Assembly: GCA_004431415.1 (NCBI GenBank)
Contig: QPMI01000044.1
Coordinates: forward strand, 1-64,000
DNA length: 64,000 bases
From: Cyanophora paradoxa CCMP329
Lineage: Eukaryota > Plantae > Glaucophyta
Reading direction: 5' to 3'
A program made the position numbers and the translations under genes. A model generated the notes under the pieces. It made no database searches. It was given only the letters and a program-made list of their open reading frames with translations, and had not been told where the DNA came from. Below, one piece after another: positions 56,501 to 64,000 of the stretch (position 1 is its first letter; every line of letters begins with the position of its first letter).

Positions 56501-58601
56501 TGGCGGGCGCGGCGGCGGCGGCGGCAGCGGCAGCGGCGGCAGCGGCGGCGGCGGCGGCGGCGGCCGGGACGCGGGTCTCCTCGTTGATGCGGACTGAGAT
56601 CAAATGCGGCGACATGTGCTCCGTGCGGCACGACCCGAGGACTTCGTTGCGCCCGTACTCCACGATGGTCAGCTCGCCCGCGTTGAAGATCATGCACACC
56701 TGCGAGCAAAACAATGTTAAAACGACCTAGGAACGGCCTAAAAGAAAGGGTTCGGTTCAATAATGAACCTGCTCGTGGTCGAAGAAAAACTTTTCGGTGC
56801 CGGAGCCGCTCCATGGGATCTCGGAGAGCTTGCAGGTCTCCAGGTCGCCCATGAGGAGCGTGTCCGGCGTGTGCGCGATGAGGAAGCGGTCCCGGTAGAT
56901 GTTGATCTTCGTGATCTCGTAGTGGAAGTGGGACTTGAGGACGATGCGCGTGCCTGCGCGGCATCGCTTTAGGCTGAAGGGAGGGTGGGAGGGGGTGGAG
57001 CAAAGCACCCGTGGAGAGCCGCTTGACGATGACCTGGCTGGGGCTCACGTACGTGAACTCGAACTTGCCCTGCTCACATGAGCGAGCGGGCTCAGATCAG
57101 ACGCGAGGCGCGCCGCGCAAGAGCGAAGGAGAGAGAGGGACGGGCCTTGTAGCGGTAGCGGCGGATGCACGCGTCGTAAAGGTCGACGGCGCCCGTGAGG
57201 TTCCCGATGGAGAGGCGGGACCCGTCTGGCTTCCAGCACGCCGCCGTCACCGTGTACCTTCCCGTAGAAGCTCAGCGGGCGACGACGCTCGAGAAGCAAA
57301 GCAGCCCCGGGCGCGGGCGCGGGCGCGGGCCGGCGCACATGTTGTCGACGTCGCGGATGCCCGACTCCTCCCAGACGTTGCGGCGGGGATTGAACGCGAA
57401 GACGTGGAAGCTGCGACAGCGGAGGCGGCGGCTGGTCAGTAGGAAAAGAAGAAGGTAGAAGGAAAGGAAAGAAAGGAGGAGGAGGAGGGCGCGGCCGACC
57501 GGTTGAAGGAGCCGACGACAGCGCACTCGCCGGAGGGGTTGAACGATGCCACGGTGAACTCCTTCTGGCGCTCGTCCTGCGTGTAGTCGAACTGCTGGAG
57601 CATGATGCCGTCCCGGTCGTAGAAGGAGACCTGGGCGCGGCGCGGCGCGGCGCGGCGCTCGGAGGACGGCCGGGCGCTTCGGAGAAAGGAAGAGGGCCGG
57701 CTAGCTACCTTGCAGTCGCTCCCCGCCGCGACGATGCTCTCGCCCCAGGAGAGCGCGTACGGCACGCAGGGGTGGTGGACCAGCTTGGCCTGCGGCGGCG
57801 GCGGCGCGGGCTCGGCGGGGCGAGGCTGGCGGCGGGATGCGCTGCGAGCACCTGCGCGGCCGCTGACTGTCCGTCGTCGAAGAAGAAGCGGTATATGGAG
57901 CCATCGGCGTGGCCGGAGATCACGCCGTTCCCGTCCGGGCTGCTCGAGAGGCACATCACGTAGCTCTCTGTGCCGTACAGCGTCGCCGGCTTGTTCGAGC
58001 GCAGCTGCCCGATCTTGACCTGCGGCGGCGCGTGAGCGGCGTGCCGCGGGGCGCGCGGGAGGCTGCGCGGCACTGACCTTGCCCTCGGCGAGGCCGAAGA
58101 CGACCTCGTTCGGGTGCGCGTGGGGCCAGGTGATGCAGGTCACGGAGGAGTTCTGGTGGAACTTGTTGCAGATGGACTTCTTGTCGCCCCACTCGAGGCC
58201 CAGCTTGTAGACGAAGACGATGTTGTCGCTCTGGGCGATGGCAAGCTTGCTCGAGTCCGGCGAGAAGGCCATGCCGCGCACAACGTAGTTCTTGGGGCCC
58301 TGCGGCAGCGGGAGGCGCGGCGGGCGTGAGCCTAGGGACCGCGGATGGCCATGTGTACTGGCGGCCGGCGAGGGCGGCGCAGCTAAGCCCAGCCGCCGCT
58401 GCAAGGCGCATTGCCCACCTTGGCATCTGCAGGCTTCGTAGAGAACTTGTCCCGGCGCTCCCCGTTGTCGTCAAACAGGTGGACAACCCGGTCCGCAGTG
58501 CAGACCGCGAGCCTGCGGTTGTTTGGGCTCCAGCATATCGCCGTGACCTTGGAGATGCCCTCGGTCGGCGGCAGTATGGTCTTTAGGTGGCGCAGCTGCA
58601 T
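50590..58601 (-). CDS. IFT172: Intraflagellar transport protein 172, about 31 exons
   Basis: N-terminus MQLRHLKT...[48 protein letters not shown]-like repeats ([35 protein letters not shown]), [11 protein letters not shown] and a C-terminal Cys-rich domain ending CPWCASP..Y*. Confidence 0.97.
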
Positions 58602-59007
58602 CTCCGCCCGGCCACGCGCTAGCTAAGGTGCTAGCTGGAACGCGCGGTGCCACAGCAATGCTAATCTCCCTCGCCTCGCGCTTCTCGGCTGGCTGCGATG
58701 AGAGGCAAGCCGAATTTGAGCGCTGCTGTTACCTGTACCCCTCGAAAGGCGGTCTCAGTCGGTCTCAGCCGGTCTCCGCCAGTCCGCGCGGTTCTTTCAG
58801 CCGGTCTTGTCTGCTCAGCTAGCTCAGCTTAGCTAGCTTGTCTGGCAGTTGAGAGCAACGCGTCGGCTTTTGTCACGCTGACGCAGGCGAGTCGCGTGGC
58901 TCGTGGCCGAACGCACCTAGCTGTACACCCGGCGTCGCGCTCCTCTGCAGCTCCGAGACCTCATCAGTGGGGATCTGTTCAGCGGCCCCGCGGGCCGGCC
59001 GCGCTCG
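58602..59007. promoter_or_regulatory. Divergent intergenic region (IFT172 / hydrolase) with short cggtctc repeats
   Basis: Head-to-head arrangement; ggtctcag.c repeats at 58750-58810. Confidence 0.4.
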
Positions 59008-60578
59008 ATGTCGCAGTCTACGGGCGCCATACGAAGTCGCCGCGAGGTCGCCGGCCCAGGCAGCACGTACGCGGCGACCGCGGGGGCAAGGCGCGATGAC
59101 GCGAGCGCGCCGGGGACCGCGGCCGGACCGCGCGCCGGGAGTTCGGGAGCCGAGGCTCCGGCCGACGACGGCTGGCCCGACATCATCGCGGTTCGTGCCT
59201 TCGAATTCCGTCCTTGGCGAACCCTTCAGCTAGGACTGGCGCCGCGCCGGCGCCGCGCCTCGGGCCGATTCGAATCCCTCGCGCCTCGCGCCTCGCGCGC
59301 GAGCGCAGGTGCACGGCATGTGGGAGACGGGCAAGGCGATGCACGTCGTGCGGGACCTGCTCGCGGAGCGCGGCTGGCGCGTGCACTGCCCCACGCTCCC
59401 CTGGCACGGCGACGACGACCCCGCCGCCCGCCGCGCCCTCGGGCGCGCCTCCCTCCGGGATTACGCCGATTTCCTGGAGGGGTACGTGGATTCCCTGCGG
59501 CTCCGGCGTCCCCCCGTCCTCCTCGGCCTCTCGATGGGGGGTACGTCCTTCTTTGTAGTGGCTTTCTTCCCCCCTAACTCGCCCCCCCTGCTTCCCAGGC
59601 ACGCTGATCCAGATCGTCGCCTCCCGCGTACCCGTCTCGGCGCTGGTCCTGCTCGCACCGGGGGTACAGACGAACGCGAACCTGCTCAATGTGCGCAGCC
59701 TGCGGGCGTTCGTGCCTGCCCTCCTGCGGTGGGCCTTCGTGGGGACGGTACCCCCCTGCCCTCCTCCCCGCCAAACAAGCTGCGGTGGTTCTGATCGCCG
59801 TACCCCCCCCCCCCCCCCCCCCGACAGCCCCGGCTCCTTCCCTTTAGGGACCTGTGCGGCAGCTTCGCGAACGGCCTCGATCCCGCAAAGCAGCGCGAGG
59901 TGCGCGGCCAGATCTAGGGCGCCGGCGGCCGTGGATCCTCTTCCCGTGCGCCTTAGATGGGATCGAATCCGCAGATTTACGGGATGATGTGCCCGGAGTC
60001 GGGAAGAACCGTCTTCGAGGTGCGCTCGCCCTGAGTCAAGTGCCCGCTCCCACTCGAATCTCTCTGACGCACTGGTACCCCCCGGGCCCGCCCTCAGATG
60101 GGCTTCCCGCTTCTGGACGTGCACAGGAGCCTCAGCATCGACCACTCCAAATTCAAGTTTCCCGTACTCCTCCAGGTCGGCTCGGACGATCTGGTGCGTT
60201 TTCCCCTGTACCCATCTGCTTTTCCCCTGTACCCGACTTCCCGTCGCCCCTTTCGATAGCGATCTCTGTTTCACTCGCTGATCTTGATGGTCAATCTATC
60301 GTGCAGATCTGCACGCCGTACCTTCAAAGGGCGTACAACCTCCCCCTGTTCGTTCACGGCATCGATTTTCGCGTGTACCCCGTCCGCCCCTCTTCCCCCC
60401 CCTTTGCGCGACTCTAAATCTTACCCAAACCCCCCTTTTTTCCACCCCTACCCCCCAGAACACGCCCCACTGGATCGTGGACTGCCCCGCGACGCCGGCC
60501 GTGTGCGCGGACGTAGACTCTTTCCTTCGCTCCCGCCTCGGGCTCGGCACTACTCTTACTAGTCTCACTCGAAGTTAA
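59008..60578 (+). CDS. Alpha/beta hydrolase (multi-exon)
   Basis: VHGMW oxyanion motif, TLPWHG, nucleophile elbow GLSMGG, LVLLAP, PVLLQVGSDDL and HW near the C-terminus. Confidence 0.85.
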
Positions 60579-61351
60579 CGAAAGCGATTTCGATTCCGGT
60601 CGCATACTTAAGGTATACAATCTATCTGCACGCCTCTGGATCCCTCATCTGCCAGCTCTCTCTCTCTTCCGATTCTCTCTCTCCCAGCTCTCTCTTCCGA
60701 TAATCCGCTGCCGGGCTCGCCGGGCTGGGCCGGCAGGCTGCGGTACTACGGGGTAGGAGCCTGCAGCTGGCCATGGGCCGGGGCCGGGGCCCCGGGGCCC
60801 GGGGCTGCCGCCGCCGCGCCGGGCGCCTGCGACTCTGGCAGCAGAGTCTGGATGTGAGGCTGGCCGCGCGCTGATCGATGACGATCATGTCACTGAGTCA
60901 TAAATTAAATTGACTCATAATCAGCGCGCGCTGGTATAGCTAGCCTAGTACTACGGTAGGGCCCGGGAGCCTAGGGCTAGCAAACTCACAGCCCGCCGCG
61001 CCGGCGCCGGCGCCGCCGCGCGCGACGCCGCCGCGCCCGGCCCGGCGCCGGGCCGGCGGCTACTGAGCAATGCGCATGCGGCGGCCAGCTGCGGCGCTGG
61101 CGGCGGCGCCGCCTCGAGCTCGCGCCGGTTGAGCTCGGAGTCTCTGACGTGACTGACGTGCCACGTCCGTCACCGTGACTCCCGTACTCCTGTCTCCGGA
61201 CTCCGGAGTCCGGACTCAAGCTCCGGAATCCAGATCGATATCGGATCCCGGAAATTGGGCCGGAATCCGCCAGATCCGATGATCGGCCGTTTCGTGGCCA
61301 TATATGCATGGCCCATGGGCCATGGCCAGCCGCTCCTTGCTTGAGCATTGA

Positions 61352-61435
61352 ACCCCCCCCTCAGCAAGGAGCGCCCCGCCCGCACGCAATCCCCCCCTCA
61401 GCAAGGAGCGCCCCGCGGCCGCGCGCACGCAATCC
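61352..61435. repeat. Tandem duplication of about 39 bp
   Basis: ccccccctcagcaaggagcgccccgc...cgcacgcaatccc, two copies. Confidence 0.85.
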
Positions 61436-61899
61436 CTGATATCGATCGACTCCCTGAGAGGCTCATTGCACTCTCAACGAGCAGCACCTGGCAGTGAGGC
61501 TGGCACCTGGCACCTGCAGAACGCGCAATCGATCAGCAGCACCGTGGCACCTGCAGGCTGCAGGGCCAGTGCAGGCTGCAGCTGCCGCAGTGGAGCGCAG
61601 CTTCCTCAGCCTGGCAACCTGCCGCCTGGCGTTAGCCTGGCTTGCCGTTCTTCGGCCGTATATATCATGACATGCGAGCAGCGTGCTCAAAGCGCCCGCA
61701 CCTGCAGCTGACACCTGCACATGCTGGTTTGCAATTGCTTGAGACTCTGAGATCTCAGGTCAGAATCCCCGCATGCGCCCGCGCGCTGGCCTGCGCCGCC
61801 GTCAGGGCCGCCATGTCATGCCTACGAGCGCAGTGCCGCACCTGCAGGAAGCGACAAGCCTAAGACATTGCGCCGGGCGCCGAGCGCGACGCACGATCG

Positions 61900-64000
61900 A
61901 TGACCTCGTCAGCGCTCTCGCTGACGCGTGCGGAGGCGGCGGAGCGCCCGGGCGGCCCATGGGTCAAGTACGCCCACGCGGAAGCCCCCGCCCGTGACGG
62001 CGCGCCGCCTCCGGCTGCAGCGGCAGCTGCGCCCGCCCCGTCGACGTCCCAGAACGGCGCTCGCCTGCCTCCCATCGCTGCGGGCGGCGCGGGCGCCGGC
62101 GCGGGCCCTTCCTCGGGCGCCCCGCGCCACCCATCCAGCGACCCCGGCGGCCTCCGCCCGCTCGCACTCCCCGGCAGAGCAGCTGCAGCCCGCGTAGGAC
62201 CGGACCACGCCGCTCCCGAGAAACGTGCGCTCGCGCCGGCGCCGGCGTCGGCATCGCCCCCGCCGCGGGCGTTGGGTATCCGCCTAACTTCTCGCCGCGT
62301 ACGGGCTCAGACTCAGACTCAGAGTCTGCCGCGGGGTCAAAGGATCCGCCGGGAGCCGCCGACCCGCCCAAGAAAGGGTGCGTGCGCCTGCGCGCAGCCG
62401 GCCCTAGGCCTCCCGCCCGCCGCGGCGCGCCGGTCGCCGTCGCGCCTGCCTCTTGCGAGCCGTGCTCAGACCGAGCGCGCGCGCCCCGCAGGCCAGGGTC
62501 GGATCCGCACCACGCGGCGCCCGCGCCCAAGTCGGGCTTCCGCGTCTGGCCCCTCACGGTCAGCTCGGACGCGGCGCCCCCCTCGGGCTCGCCGATGGGG
62601 CTGGCCGCCGGAGCCGGGGACGCCGGCGGGGGCGCGTCCGCTTCGTTCGCGAGCGACGCCGAGCGCGATCGGGATCGCGAGGACGGGGGGGATGAAGACG
62701 GGGACGGGGACAGCGGCCCGCCCCTCTCTGCCGAAGACGCCCGCGAGCCCGGCGGCCGGGCCGTCCGCCCGGGGCGCGAGGCCCCCGAAACCGATCGGGA
62801 CATCGAGGTACCCCCCTTCCTTTCTCTACCCCCCACCCCTTCTTTTTTCTGACGCCGGCACGGGGGTATACGTACGCGCAGTCCGGCAATCTGAAGCTGA
62901 AGCTCCCGAAAGCGGATTCGAGGGCGCACCCGGCCGCGGGGGCGAACGGGAAGGGTCCAAGCCGCGGCCGCCGGGACAAGCGGAAGCGGAAGCAGAAGCC
63001 GCGCAACCTCGCCACACGCTGGCGGGACCTCTCCGTAAGATTTTTTTAACTTATGCTGTTTGATTGATAACAATGCAGACAACTAAGGCTTGCAACGCCG
63101 CCCGCCTGCAGATGAAGAAGAAGCTAATGGCGCTCGTCGCCTCGACGCAGCTCCTCACGACCCTCGTCCTCACCGGGTACGACTTTTTCGCCTTTGATTC
63201 ACTGCTCCTGTCCTGCTCTGCTCTGCTCTCCTCTGACTACGAGCCCCGGGCCGGTGCCACGGTACAGCGTGGTGGTCCTGGTTCTCTTCCTGTCCTCCTC
63301 GGCGCAGCTCGTCCGCCAAGCTGGCTCCGAGATCCTCACGAACCAGGTCCATCTTTCTCTTTCTCTCTCCCTTTCTTAATCTAGATCTTAATTTACAGTC
63401 GCTCTCGCGATCTTGATATCGTTGGCATATGTTAACACCACGGCTGGCGTGCGGCCGGCGGCTCGCCAGATCGTGTACGACATCAAGAACAACCAGATGA
63501 ATTACGGCTTCGCGGGCCAAGGCGACAACCCCTCCATCATCAACGCCGCGCGGGTGCGCGCGCGCAGCGATATGCTTCAGAACGTTCGGCCCACTCGGCT
63601 CTAAACTAATTATAAACCTCGCTCAGCTATAGCTATAGCTAACTAAACGGCTACTAAATTAAACTAAACGTCCGGCCCACTCGGCTTCTAAGCCTTGCCT
63701 TAGCTAAGGCGATCACTCGCGATCGGCTACTAAGCCTCGCTCAGCTCGGGCCGACGGCGGCGGGCCCCGAGGCGGACGCGATCGTCCGAGCCGCGAAGGA
63801 GGCGCTCGTCAACGAGATCGTCCGCCGCGACATCGAGTGCGTTTTACTTAGCTTTCTTTGTATATAATCCTAAGCTCTCTTAAGCTAAAGCTTACTATCG
63901 CTAAGCCATCGAGTTCGCTTTCACTTCGTTTGTTTCTGTAGCTAACGAGCGGTGGGAAGGTACTCGAGCCTCCTGAGCGCCGACGCGGACCCGCTGGTCA
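61900..64000 (+). CDS. Partial multi-exon membrane protein of unknown function (runs off the window)
   Basis: Low-complexity N-terminal exons, then a hydrophobic segment LMALVASTQLLTTLVLTG|YSVVVLVLFLSS and further exons (IVYDIKNNQMNYGF; KEALVNEIVRRDIE). Confidence 0.5.

Noticed and set aside
58848-58859. X-box-like palindrome gttgagagcaac upstream of IFT172
   Set aside because: Poor match to the RFX consensus, and no evidence this lineage has RFX

Overview
GC-rich, intron-dense genomic DNA from a flagellated eukaryote (a protist or alga; it encodes IFT172 and a centrin-like protein). Host genes: a ~19 kb membrane-anchored subtilisin with ~19 tandem Cys-containing PPC-like repeats, a centrin-like gene, a small Mug135-like gene, a 5'-truncated membrane-anchored zeta-carbonic-anhydrase-like gene, a GH16 beta-1,3-glucanase, RPE, IFT172, an alpha/beta hydrolase and a partial membrane-protein gene. 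The middle of the window (31.06-42.1 kb) is a rearranged accessory zone. Its most notable part is an AT-rich, strongly CpG-depleted Polinton/adintovirus-like fragment. Its protein-primed PolB keeps the polymerase motifs but has lost all three proofreading motifs, and it sits in frame with an rve integrase behind a single TAA. A modular 1.5 kb block of inverted repeats follows. The zone also holds a HECT-ligase pseudogene with its last exon on the opposite strand and a LINE 3' fragment with a target-site duplication. Genome-wide oddities are ~29% GC-AG introns, duplicated exon ends and TpA-rich decay patches. All exon structures and counts were done by eye; no database searches were run.
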